Source: a virus
Lineage: Duplodnaviria > Caudoviricetes
DNA: 36,783 nt
Virus record (IMG/VR): IMGVR_UViG_3300034356_002097
Location: 1 to 36,783 of that record
Direction: 5' to 3' (one strand)
A program made the translations under genes and the position numbers. Positions 9,189 to 18,438 of the stretch are shown here, in pieces. The notes beneath the pieces were generated by a model. The model was not told the origin of the DNA and did no database searches. It was given only the letters and a program-made list of their open reading frames with translations. Position 1 is the stretch's first letter. The number at the start of each line of letters is the position of its first letter.

Positions 9189-12100
9189 GAACGCCTTTAG
9201 CAACATCTATCCAGTCTGAAGACGGCACATTAGCTAAAGGTGGCCGCGTTCAAAATGGACTGGTTGAGGCTATTGGTGAGTTTTCGGTAGTTCGTAAGCG
9301 TCCGGGCTTGGCGATTGGCTCGCTGATTCGCGTTGGTGTGGCGCAGTTGTTGTATTGGTGGTCGGGCGTACTTAATAGCGTGATTGGGGACATATTCAAC
9401 CAAGGCGCGGCTCCCACTTCATACCCGTTAGCCACGCTAAACCCCTCAGACAAGGCTGCGACGATTACGCTTTCTGGCAACAACCTTACGGCATCCGTTT
9501 TGACTAGCGGCTCAGTCAGGGCAACGCAGGGCATCACAACCGGACAATGGTACTTTGAGGCAAAGTTTACCACGCTATCCAACATCAACGATGTGATATG
9601 CGTAGGCGTTGCAAATTCTTCGTTTGATTTAACAAATTACGCCTTCCAAAGCCCCGACGCGATTGGCTACCAGCTAAGGACTAGCTTTAACGATAGCAGG
9701 ATAAATTACAACAGCACTTTCCTTGCTAGTGGTTCGGTGTTTGCTTCTGGCACTACAATCGCGGGCTTGCTGATTAACGCTGACGCTAGAACGATTAAGT
9801 TTTATCGTGATGGCGTTTTGGTTTACACCGCTTCGGGTTCTAACGTACCAACAGGCGCATTGTTCCCCACGCTGTCAATATCAGCAACGGGCATTGCTTC
9901 AACGATGGTTATGAATTTTGGCGCAACCGCGTTTTCTTACACGCCCGCCTTAACTTCTGCCAACCTCTCCCCGACTAACGCTGGCTTACAATTCACCGCG
10001 CAAGATTCAGGAAGCAACGCTGCGTCCTCGTTGCTGATGATTAAGAACGCATCACAGGCGTGGACAGTTACTCCTGCTGGTGTGGTTACACAAATCACCG
10101 ATGTTGACTATCCGGGCACGTACACGGTCACGGCAACAAGCCTTACACGCGTAGGAACGGTGGCGACGGTTACACTGCCGATTGATGCTAACTTTCAGGT
10201 CGGGTCAACAGTTACGATAGCGGGGGCGACTCCGAGCGCGTACAACGGCGCGCAGACGGTTACAAGCGTAACTTCGTCAACTGTGATTTCTAGTAATCCG
10301 ATTCTGCTTTCCATTACACGATCAAGCACAACCGCAACAGCAACCGCCACAAACAGTCCACACGGCTACAAAAACGGGGATAGCGTAAAAATTATTGGCG
10401 CAAGCCAGCCGGAATATAACGGCACTTTTACCATTGCCTATATTAGCGCAACGCAGTTTAGTTACACCGTAACCACTAGCACATCTGTCTCAACCTCTGA
10501 GACCTTTAATTCCGTAACAAGCCCCGCGACGGGTTTGCCGAAACTGGCTAATCGTTTTTATTCTGCTGGGTCGGCTGTAACTTTTTCATCAAGTCCTGGC
10601 CTAGACGACCAAACTAGAATTTACTGTACAGACCCGCGCTTTCCTTGGCTGCCAGTCATTGGGGAAACGGTAAGAATTAACTTTTTCAATCTTGGCAATT
10701 CAACTTTTACAGTTACCGATGTAAATGAGACGGAAAGATATTTCCAATTTAACAACGGCCTTTACCCAAGCCCCGACGCTTACATTCAATACTATGGTTC
10801 GTTTAATACTTATCAGGCAGACGCAAGTTCAGTTTCAATATCGTCAATCACATCATTTGGCAGTACGGCAACCGTAACAACATCGGGGGCGCACGGCAGG
10901 GTTAACAATGAAATCGTAGTCATAAGCGGGTGTACTCAAGAGGCGTACAACGGCGCATTCGCTTGCACCGTTATTAACAGCACTTCGTTTTCGTACACCC
11001 TTGCTAACGGCGCGACCGCGACCTCAACAACAACAACAACTAACCCAATAACACCAGCGACGGGAACCATTCAGTCAGTTTTAGCTGGCACTCCAATAGG
11101 CGCATCGTTTACCTTTACCATTGCGGGAAGCCCTACGACCCCAGCTACCGGAACAATAACCGCCGCAGGCGGGAGAAACACTGTCCCCGGCATTGCGTAC
11201 CTAAACGGCTATTTCTGCGTGATGGACGTTAACGGCGTGATTTACAACTCGGAGGAAGATAACCCCGCAAGCTGGACGGCGCTGGAATATGTGGCCGCCC
11301 AAGCGGAAAACGGCGCGGGCAAGGCGATAGCGAAGTCTCTAAATTACCTTGTTGCATTCAAAGAGTGGTCAACAGAGTTTTTCTACGATGCAAAGAATGA
11401 ACCGCCCGGTTCCCCATTCTCTCCGGTCGATAACGGGTTCACGCAGGTTGGCTGCGCTTCTGGCGACTCACTAGCAGAAGTTGACGGCGCGTTAATGTGG
11501 ATTGCACAAGTCAGACAGCGTGGCCGTTCTGTATATGTGATGCGCGGTACAGACCAACAAAAAGTATCAACGCCGGATATTGAACGGATATTGAACCTTT
11601 CGACATTGGCGTCCGTTTTTGCGTACGGTTTGAAAGTTGACGGGCACACGCTGTACGTGCTGACTCTTGTGGACTTGAACGTAACGCTAGTCTATGACGC
11701 ACAAAGTGGGACTTGGGTGCAATGGTCAACACTCACTGCGGCGGCATCGGTAAACGTCTCTAGTATCACGCGGGTGGGAACAACGGCTACGGTTACAACG
11801 GGAACCGCGCATGGTTTAAGTGACGGCGATCCGGTGACTATCGCAGGGGCGTCACAGTCGGACTATAACGGGACATTTCAAATCAGTTATGTGTCCACCA
11901 CTGTCTTTACGATTGAAGTTGCTAACAGCCCCGTGACTCCGGCGACCGGAACGATTACGGCAGTGCCGTACACGGAAAGCTACTTTAAGTTGACCAAGTA
12001 CGCGAACGCGGGCGGGACTAATACGTTCCTGCATGAGTCGAACGGCTACACGTCAACGATGAGTAGTTCTGTGTATCAGGACAACTCCGCGCCGATTAAC

Positions 12101-12370
12101 TTCACCATGCGGACGGCAAGGCTTGATGGTGGAAGCCTAAACCGTAAACAGCTAGGTCAGTTGTGTTTAGTCGGTGAAACTACGGGTGATACGGTGATGA
12201 TTCGGTTTAGTGACGATGACTACACCACGAATTCGATTTACCGCAGATTAAGCATCGCAACAGAACGCCCCGCCCTTCGTCGGCTTGGGGCTTTTCGTCG
12301 TAGGTCATTTGAAGTCAAACACACGGGAAACACCGACCCACGTTTAGAAGCAATGGAGATAGGCCAATGA
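9185..12370 (+). CDS. P22 gp10-like tail hub/DNA stabilization protein with inserted SPRY-like and repeated beta domains
   Basis: N-terminal RKRPGL; C-terminal STEFFYD, VSTPDIERIL, DGHTLYVLT..TLVYD...W, RRLGAFRRRSFEV; SPRY-like GQWYFE..CVGVA..IKFYRDG..NFG. Confidence 0.75.
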   Translation: MRTPLATSIQSEDGTLAKGGRVQNGLVEAIGEFSVVRKRPGLAIGSLIRVGVAQLLYWWSGVLNSVIGDIFNQGAAPTSYPLATLNPSDKAATITLSGNNLTASVLTSGSVRATQGITTGQWYFEAKFTTLSNINDVICVGVANSSFDLTNYAFQSPDAIGYQLRTSFNDSRINYNSTFLASGSVFASGTTIAGLLINADARTIKFYRDGVLVYTASGSNVPTGALFPTLSISATGIASTMVMNFGATAFSYTPALTSANLSPTNAGLQFTAQDSGSNAASSLLMIKNASQAWTVTPAGVVTQITDVDYPGTYTVTATSLTRVGTVATVTLPIDANFQVGSTVTIAGATPSAYNGAQTVTSVTSSTVISSNPILLSITRSSTTATATATNSPHGYKNGDSVKIIGASQPEYNGTFTIAYISATQFSYTVTTSTSVSTSETFNSVTSPATGLPKLANRFYSAGSAVTFSSSPGLDDQTRIYCTDPRFPWLPVIGETVRINFFNLGNSTFTVTDVNETERYFQFNNGLYPSPDAYIQYYGSFNTYQADASSVSISSITSFGSTATVTTSGAHGRVNNEIVVISGCTQEAYNGAFACTVINSTSFSYTLANGATATSTTTTTNPITPATGTIQSVLAGTPIGASFTFTIAGSPTTPATGTITAAGGRNTVPGIAYLNGYFCVMDVNGVIYNSEEDNPASWTALEYVAAQAENGAGKAIAKSLNYLVAFKEWSTEFFYDAKNEPPGSPFSPVDNGFTQVGCASGDSLAEVDGALMWIAQVRQRGRSVYVMRGTDQQKVSTPDIERILNLSTLASVFAYGLKVDGHTLYVLTLVDLNVTLVYDAQSGTWVQWSTLTAAASVNVSSITRVGTTATVTTGTAHGLSDGDPVTIAGASQSDYNGTFQISYVSTTVFTIEVANSPVTPATGTITAVPYTESYFKLTKYANAGGTNTFLHESNGYTSTMSSSVYQDNSAPINFTMRTARLDGGSLNRKQLGQLCLVGETTGDTVMIRFSDDDYTTNSIYRRLSIATERPALRRLGAFRRRSFEVKHTGNTDPRLEAMEIGQ

Positions 12371-12756
12371 ACGCGCTCGCGCAATATTTATCAATGTCAT
12401 CTTACAAGCCGATTACTTCCGCGTGGGGTGGCTTTAATTCTGGTTCTGTTCCCGTCTTTAACAGCGCGGGGCCGGAGTTTTACCGAGATTCCGAGTTAGA
12501 CAGGGCAAATTTGTTGCGCAGCCGAGACATCGAGGCGGAGGATAGGCGCTCAATGATTGAGGCTCGTAATCGCTTTTCTCAGTCGTTTGGACAAATGCCA
12601 AATTTCTACGGCGAAGGCCCACGGATGCCGGAATATCAACAGCAGCCAATGTATCAATTTGGCGGGTTTAATCAACAACGGCAAATGCAGCCAATGGGTG
12701 ATAACAACGCTTCCGCGTTTAATGCTCTTGCGGCTCTTGCTCGCCAGGGTTCGTAA
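12367..12756 (+). CDS. Hypothetical protein, probable internal/ejected virion protein
   Basis: Coupled to both neighbours; low-complexity Q/G/M/F. Confidence 0.6.
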   Translation: MNALAQYLSMSSYKPITSAWGGFNSGSVPVFNSAGPEFYRDSELDRANLLRSRDIEAEDRRSMIEARNRFSQSFGQMPNFYGEGPRMPEYQQQPMYQFGGFNQQRQMQPMGDNNASAFNALAALARQGS

Positions 12757-13520
12757 TGGAAGCCCGTAACCGTCTCGCAGCACTTCTCAACGACCCGTCT
12801 AGTTTTGAGAACGACCCGTCATACCAGTTTGCCCGCGATCAAGGGCTATCTGCTACGGCTCGGTCTAACTCTGCACAACGCGGCTCCGGCAACGCTCTTG
12901 CGGCTTTGGCTCGGTATGGTTCAGGACTCGCCACGCAGGGCTATAACCAACGTGTAGACAGCCTTGGGCGTATTGCGGGACAAGATCAGCAGTACGACTT
13001 AGGCCAACAGCAGAACGCGAACACTCGCATTCGTAACGCTAATGATTTCACGCTAGGCCAAGCGCAAAACGAGAACACCCGCACACGTAACGCTAATGAT
13101 TTCACGCTAGGCCAAGCGCAAAACGAGAACACCCGCACACGTAACGCTAACGACTTTACAATGGGTACGCAGAGAAACCAGTTTGACTACTCTCTAGGCT
13201 CCCAGCGCAACGCGAACGACTTTACAATGGGTACGCAGAGAAACCAGTTTGACTACTCTCTAGGCTCCCAGCGCAACGCGAACGACTTTACAATCGGAAC
13301 ACAGCGCAACCAAAATGACCGCGAGAACAATCTGTTTAACTACGACTTGGGTATGGGTAGCAATTACAACCAATTCCTGAACAATCAGAACCAGTACAAC
13401 TTAGGCTTGCAGCGTAACGCTACAGACGCTTACGGCGCACAGACGCAGCGCGGCTCGACTAACGCTAACAACTACTTTAACCAACAGCGTAATGCGCTGT
13501 CCTTTATGGGGCGTACTTGA
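12756..13520 (+). CDS. P22 gp7-like DNA ejection protein
   Basis: DPSYQFARDQG...RGSGNALAALARYGSGLATQGY motif; N/Q-rich repeats. Confidence 0.7.
   Translation: MEARNRLAALLNDPSSFENDPSYQFARDQGLSATARSNSAQRGSGNALAALARYGSGLATQGYNQRVDSLGRIAGQDQQYDLGQQQNANTRIRNANDFTLGQAQNENTRTRNANDFTLGQAQNENTRTRNANDFTMGTQRNQFDYSLGSQRNANDFTMGTQRNQFDYSLGSQRNANDFTIGTQRNQNDRENNLFNYDLGMGSNYNQFLNNQNQYNLGLQRNATDAYGAQTQRGSTNANNYFNQQRNALSFMGRT
13032..13293 (+). repeat. In-frame tandem repeats: two 54-bp units then two 66-bp units
   Basis: RNANDFTLGQAQNENTRT x2, then NDFTMGTQRNQFDYSLGSQRNA x2. Confidence 0.9.
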
Positions 13521-13567
13521 AGGCACTACAGCAAGCCGCAAATTTGTCAGGCTTACGTTAAGGGATT

Positions 13568-14830
13568 GTGATGGGATTGTTAGACGCTTTCGGCTCCTCG
13601 TCATTCTGGACGGAGGACGTACCTAACTCGGCTAAAGGCTTGCTGTCGTTTAAGCCCGATACCCGCAATGTGTTAACCCGTGTGCTGATGGAATACGCTA
13701 AAGATACGCCCAACCGTGTGCGCGAGAATATCGCCACTAACTTCCCCGACCCTAATCTACTAACCCCGCAGGGCATGAAAACGCCGCAGGGACAACAAGC
13801 GAGAAACGCCCTTGCCGATGTGCTAATGGGATTTGCGGGAACGACTACGCCCGTTAGAGGGCTGATGGCCAGAATAACCAAGGAATTGCCTGTTGGGATG
13901 AGTATTAAAAGCATCGACGAATTAGCAGCAAAATATCCAGATGTGAAAATTGATGCTTTTGTTACTAAAGACGATTTAAATTTAAGTCGGATTGTTGTCC
14001 CAAAAGAGATGAGAAACCAAGGACTTGGGACTCAAGTTATGAATGATTTATCTGAATATGCAGATAACATTGGGAAAAGAATAACGCTAACACCGTCAAG
14101 TGATTTTGGTGGAAATGTCAAAAGGTTAAAAGAATTTTATAAAGACTTTGGATTTGTTGAAAACAAAGGAAAGAATAAGGATTTTTCTATTAGCGAAACA
14201 ATGTATAGGGAGCCAAAGCCTCAAGCCATGATTCCGCAAGGACAACAAGCGAGAAACGCCCTTGCTGATGTGATGATGGGAGTTGCGGGGACTACTAAAC
14301 CGATAAAAGCGGCGGGGGGATTGCTTGGCGATCTTAATCAATTTAGGCAAGTGGATATGTTTGGCAATGGCTCAAGAGTGCAATATTTTGACGATGCCAA
14401 AAACTTGTACTACGAAAGTCAAAAATACCCATCGGGTCGCGTGGGGTGGAAAGCTGGTGAGGTTGTGGACGGAAACACTAACTGGCTTTCTGATAAAGAA
14501 TTTTCCTCTATGGCAGAAGCGGCAGCCTCGGTTCGCGGACAAAGAATTTCCAATAGCCTGAACGAAAGAAATGCGTCGCTATACGGAGATATACCTAAAT
14601 TATGGGATGCAGACGCCAAGAAAGTGGCAAAGGGCCTAATTGACGCGGGAGTTCCGATAGAGAGGTTCTCTCAGTCTACGCAATCCCCGTCCAAATACAT
14701 TTATCTTCAAGACGGCAGAAAGGTTCGCGTTTCTAATCACGACTTGCCATTAGGGTATGAGCAGCCAGACTACAACTTTATGTCTGGCGAAAACGTTGCG
14801 AACTTTGTAAAAAAGATAACCGCCCCATAA
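13568..14830 (+). CDS. Multi-domain putative injected protein with GNAT acetyltransferase domain
   Basis: SRIVVPKEMRNQGLGTQVM acetyl-CoA loop and LKEFYKDFGF; second domain with S.SKY..KVRVSNH; lies in ejection module. Confidence 0.7.
   Translation: MMGLLDAFGSSSFWTEDVPNSAKGLLSFKPDTRNVLTRVLMEYAKDTPNRVRENIATNFPDPNLLTPQGMKTPQGQQARNALADVLMGFAGTTTPVRGLMARITKELPVGMSIKSIDELAAKYPDVKIDAFVTKDDLNLSRIVVPKEMRNQGLGTQVMNDLSEYADNIGKRITLTPSSDFGGNVKRLKEFYKDFGFVENKGKNKDFSISETMYREPKPQAMIPQGQQARNALADVMMGVAGTTKPIKAAGGLLGDLNQFRQVDMFGNGSRVQYFDDAKNLYYESQKYPSGRVGWKAGEVVDGNTNWLSDKEFSSMAEAAASVRGQRISNSLNERNASLYGDIPKLWDADAKKVAKGLIDAGVPIERFSQSTQSPSKYIYLQDGRKVRVSNHDLPLGYEQPDYNFMSGENVANFVKKITAP
13784..14300 (+). repeat. Imperfect ~67-bp direct repeats (13784-13850, 14234-14300) flanking the GNAT domain
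   Basis: PQGQQARNALADVLMGFAGTT versus PQGQQARNALADVMMGVAGTT. Confidence 0.9.
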
Positions 14831-14982
14831 CAGCGCCGATTTAATCGAAGCGCCTAGCTTGGCTAGACATTAGAGCGACCGTGAGAGCCGTTTCCGGGGC
14901 GGTGGAACTAATGCAGATGATGGGGCGGCAAGTAATGGTCACACAAGCAGCAAAAAAAGTCAACTCAACTCAAGGATTCGAA

Positions 14983-15081
14983 ATGACAACCATCGTTGCT
15001 TGCGCTTTACAACACGGCCAGATTTACAACACGCCACGCGGTCGGGCGGTGTGGACTGGCGACAGATTTGAGGTGGTCTAA
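14983..15081 (+). pseudogene. Short chimeric ORF: MTTIVACA fused to a copy of the next gene's C-terminus
   Basis: AAGGA RBS and ATG 14983; last 24 codons duplicate the end of 15081..16304. Confidence 0.45.
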
Positions 15082-16308
15082 TGGCATACATGCGAGGCAA
15101 TACGTTGCGTGAGTTCTTGGCGCAAAACGGTATTGATGAATCTGAATTGAGCCAAGTTGCGCTTCAGGTCGGCAATCAAGGTGTGCGCCCTGTGACTGGC
15201 CCGCAGATTTCCGCAGAAGAGTTTTTGCGCGGCCAAGAGGAAGGTAGATACGCGACTGGTAACCCATTTCAAGTTGACCCAAGCAAACAAGGCTACGGCG
15301 CTTTGTTTGACGAGAACACGGGAAAGTTTCGCTCTGGTGGTTACGTGCGCGACGAGTCAACCGGACAAACGACAACTTTTCTGCAACCGCAGCGGCCTCG
15401 TGGTGTGCGGACGTTCGGCGTAGACTTACAAGCGGGCGCGATTAAGGACATGGGCGCGGCTCCGATTGATGGCGATCCTATCGACTATTCATACGGCGAC
15501 GGTGGCAGACAAGGCGTGAAAAGGGTCGTCGTTCCCGGTCTAGGCGAGGGCGTGATGGGTAAAGACGGCTTTGTATATGGTCGCGATAACGCTGGCAATC
15601 CTATTTGGCGGGCGCAAGCGTTTAGCCAACAGCAGGAAATGGCGAACTACGATCAGGATTTGAAGCGGCAGAAGATGGAAGCCGAAATCGGCAAGCTGCG
15701 CGGCGAGGGTATGCAAACACGGGAAAAGCCAGCACCAACGGGTTATCGCTGGACGCAAGACGGATCACGTTTAGAGCCAATCCCTGGCGGCCCCGCTGCT
15801 GAAGGCAAAGCCCTTACGGACGCACAATCTAAGGCGCTGCTGTTCGGCAATCGTATGGGAGCGGCAGAACAGATTTTTGGCGAACTCGCAAAAGACGGCG
15901 TAAACGCATCCGTTCCCGGTTCCCGCGCCCCGTTTATTGGCGGGGTTATCAATGCGCTCCAACCTGAAAGCAGACAACGCCTAGACCAAGCCAAGCGAGA
16001 CTTTATCAATGCGGTGCTGCGTCGTGAGTCGGGCGCGGTTATCACGGAAGCTGAATTTGCCAACGCTGAACAGCAATATTTTCCGCAGATTGGCGACGGC
16101 GAAAAGGTTATTGAACAGAAGCGCAAAGCCCGTGAACTTGCACAGCGCTCGATTGAGATTGAAGTGCCTGAAACACAACGGGGCAAAGGGCGCGAGCCAA
16201 CGCAAGGCGGGCTTCCTCCCAAGTCACAATTACAACGCGGCCAGATTTACAACACGCCACGCGGTCGGGCAATGTGGACTGGCGACAGATTTGAGGCGGT
16301 CTAATGGC
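15007..16308 (+). repeat. 79-bp direct repeats (15007-15085, 16230-16308) bracketing one gene
   Basis: 4 mismatches in 79 bp; each copy includes the TAATG stop/start junction. Confidence 0.92.
15081..16304 (+). CDS. Putative ejection protein (gp20-like position)
   Basis: PTGYRW..DG..LEPIPGGPA and FINAVLRRESGAVI...EF....QYFPQ.GD motifs; synteny. Confidence 0.65.
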   Translation: MAYMRGNTLREFLAQNGIDESELSQVALQVGNQGVRPVTGPQISAEEFLRGQEEGRYATGNPFQVDPSKQGYGALFDENTGKFRSGGYVRDESTGQTTTFLQPQRPRGVRTFGVDLQAGAIKDMGAAPIDGDPIDYSYGDGGRQGVKRVVVPGLGEGVMGKDGFVYGRDNAGNPIWRAQAFSQQQEMANYDQDLKRQKMEAEIGKLRGEGMQTREKPAPTGYRWTQDGSRLEPIPGGPAAEGKALTDAQSKALLFGNRMGAAEQIFGELAKDGVNASVPGSRAPFIGGVINALQPESRQRLDQAKRDFINAVLRRESGAVITEAEFANAEQQYFPQIGDGEKVIEQKRKARELAQRSIEIEVPETQRGKGREPTQGGLPPKSQLQRGQIYNTPRGRAMWTGDRFEAV

Positions 16309-17920
16309 GTCATTTTCTTATGAGGAAGCATTTGCCCCGACGGGTACAAGTAAATCATTCTCGTATGAGGATGCTTTGGGGGACGCAAAGCCTACTCCGG
16401 CTAAGATTGGTCGTGAGGGGTTTAAGGACATTCTCAAAAAAGAGTTAGCGGACGCTAACCCGTTCACTCGTAACATCGCAGGTGCGGGTACGGCTCTTTC
16501 CAATCTCTACGAGGGCGCAAAACAATTTGTAGGCGCTGGCGATCAGAGCCGCATTGAGGAAAACAAGATTATTGAACAAGCGGCTCCCGTTGGCGCGTTC
16601 CTCGGTAACGCTGCGCTTGCTGCCGTTCCCTTTGCTGCTGTTGGCAATAGCCTAAAAGCGGCTGGTGCGGTGGGTGCTGGATTTGGTGCGCTAAACCCAG
16701 TCGAAGGCGAACAGACGCTAGGCAACATCGTACAAGGCAAGCTGCAAAACGCGGCTATTGGCGGTGCGCTCGGTGCGGGCGGTCAAGCATTAGCGAACAA
16801 GGCGGGCAACTACTTTGCTGGCAAGATTGCAAACCGGGCAGATGAGGCAGTAAGGAACGCCCCGATTGATAAGACATTGCAAGACGCAATTGACGTGGGG
16901 CTAGTCGTTCCTCTATCCGCTGCAAAGCCTACGCGGTTCAATAACCTACTGGATAGCATTGGTGGCAAAGCACTAACCTCGCAAGAGTTTTCCAACAAGA
17001 ACGCCGGAATTATTGACGCGCTCGCCCGGAAGTCAGTAGGGCTTGGCGAGAATGTGCCTTTGACTGGTGACGCTATGCGCTCGGTACGTCAAGCGGCTTT
17101 TGACCGTGGTTATAAACCGTTGCAGGAAATTGGTGATGTTCCGGTAGATACCGCATACGCTTCTGCGCTTGATAAGATTGCAGCCAAATACACTGGCCCT
17201 GCAAAATCATTCCCTGGCGCAATTGATTCTGAAGTTCCGGCGCTGGCTGAGTCTTTCAAAGTGGCAAACTTTGACGCGGGCGAAGGCTTGCAAGCCATTC
17301 AATTTTTGCGAGACAAAGCAAGCGAAGCGTTCCGCAAGGGTGATGCCTCAGTCGGCAAAGCTAGTAAGGAAATTGCCAACGCACTGGAGGATCAATTAGA
17401 ACGCCGATTAGAGTCCGCAGGGCAAAATGGCGCTGTGCTGTTAAAACAGTTCCGTGACGCCCGTAAGTTGATGGCTAAAGCGCACACGGTAGAAGATGCG
17501 ATTGTAGAAGGCGGCGGTTCGATCAACGCTAAAAAACTCGGCAGCATCGCGCAGAGCAAACTCGGCAGACTGTCCGATGAGTTGGCAATAATTGGTAACT
17601 TTGCCAACAACTTCCCAAGTGCTGTAAAACCCGCACAACAGATTCAGGGGCCTGGCGTGAGTGCGCTCAATTTCCTGTCCGGTGGTGGCTTTGGTGCTGT
17701 CGGCGGGATGGCTGGCGGGCCTGTTGGTGCGGCTTTGGGTGTGGCTGCGCCGTTCGTTGTTCGCCCTATGGCTCGTTCGTTGGCAATGTCACGCGGTATG
17801 CAAAACGCACTAGCCCAACGGAGGCTAGGACTGTCTGCGCCGGAGGCGAGCGTTAACGCACTCGCTCGCTATCTTCCCGTTGGCGGCACTGTATTGGGAC
17901 TTGACACGTTCGGCCAATAG
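16304..17920 (+). CDS. Putative ejection protein (gp16-like position)
   Basis: Ala/Gly-rich hydrophobic segments at both ends, helical middle; coupled TAATG. Confidence 0.65.
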   Translation: MASFSYEEAFAPTGTSKSFSYEDALGDAKPTPAKIGREGFKDILKKELADANPFTRNIAGAGTALSNLYEGAKQFVGAGDQSRIEENKIIEQAAPVGAFLGNAALAAVPFAAVGNSLKAAGAVGAGFGALNPVEGEQTLGNIVQGKLQNAAIGGALGAGGQALANKAGNYFAGKIANRADEAVRNAPIDKTLQDAIDVGLVVPLSAAKPTRFNNLLDSIGGKALTSQEFSNKNAGIIDALARKSVGLGENVPLTGDAMRSVRQAAFDRGYKPLQEIGDVPVDTAYASALDKIAAKYTGPAKSFPGAIDSEVPALAESFKVANFDAGEGLQAIQFLRDKASEAFRKGDASVGKASKEIANALEDQLERRLESAGQNGAVLLKQFRDARKLMAKAHTVEDAIVEGGGSINAKKLGSIAQSKLGRLSDELAIIGNFANNFPSAVKPAQQIQGPGVSALNFLSGGGFGAVGGMAGGPVGAALGVAAPFVVRPMARSLAMSRGMQNALAQRRLGLSAPEASVNALARYLPVGGTVLGLDTFGQ

Positions 17921-18040
17921 CTGACGTTTGAACCACGAATCGGGCATATATCGGGCTATTGCTAGGCGAGTGGCTAGACCGATTACACCGAAAAGAATGA
18001 ACGCAAATAGCGGCCCGAAAAAGATTCCCCAGTAACTCAT
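17825..18040 (-). CDS. Small antisense membrane protein
   Basis: N-terminal TM helix then basic tail; occupies the 17921-18051 gap. Confidence 0.55.
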   Translation of the reverse strand: MSYWGIFFGPLFAFILFGVIGLATRLAIARYMPDSWFKRQLLAERVKSQYSAANGKIASECVNARLRRRQS

Positions 18041-18051
18041 AGGCTAAGTAT

Positions 18052-18438
18052 ATGGCAAAATTGCAACCGCCGCCCGCTACCGGGAACGACGGCTTTGACC
18101 GCTGGCTGCGACTGTTTGTGGCTGCTGCTTTGGTTCCGACAGATATTCGTGTTGATAACAGTCGTAGCGCCCGTGAAATTGCAGTTACAGAGACCACAGA
18201 TCATACGCTATTGCAAAACTTGAATAGCGACAGCTACACGCATTTAACGGCTGCACAAGCTCAAAGGCTGACCAGTAACGCATCGACTGTTCTGCATTTT
18301 CATAACGCAGACCGTGATAGAACTAATCACACGGGAACGCAGACTAGCGACACAATTAGCGATTTTGCTTCAGCAGTACAGGCTAACTCCACCAACAACG
18401 CCGGATTCTTTCTGGCATTTGCAGCGGCTAACGGATGA
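18052..18438 (+). CDS. Tail-associated hypothetical protein
   Basis: DRTNHTGTQTSDTISDF motif seen in phage fibre proteins. Confidence 0.6.
   Translation: MAKLQPPPATGNDGFDRWLRLFVAAALVPTDIRVDNSRSAREIAVTETTDHTLLQNLNSDSYTHLTAAQAQRLTSNASTVLHFHNADRDRTNHTGTQTSDTISDFASAVQANSTNNAGFFLAFAAANG

Noticed and set aside
15007-16308. DGR template/variable repeat pair
   Set aside because: Mismatches are not confined to adenines of one copy (A/G, GG/AA, T/C) and no reverse transcriptase is encoded.
1070-17638. Numerous antisense ORFs in the structural region
   Set aside because: They overlap well-supported genes and lack RBSs or motifs.
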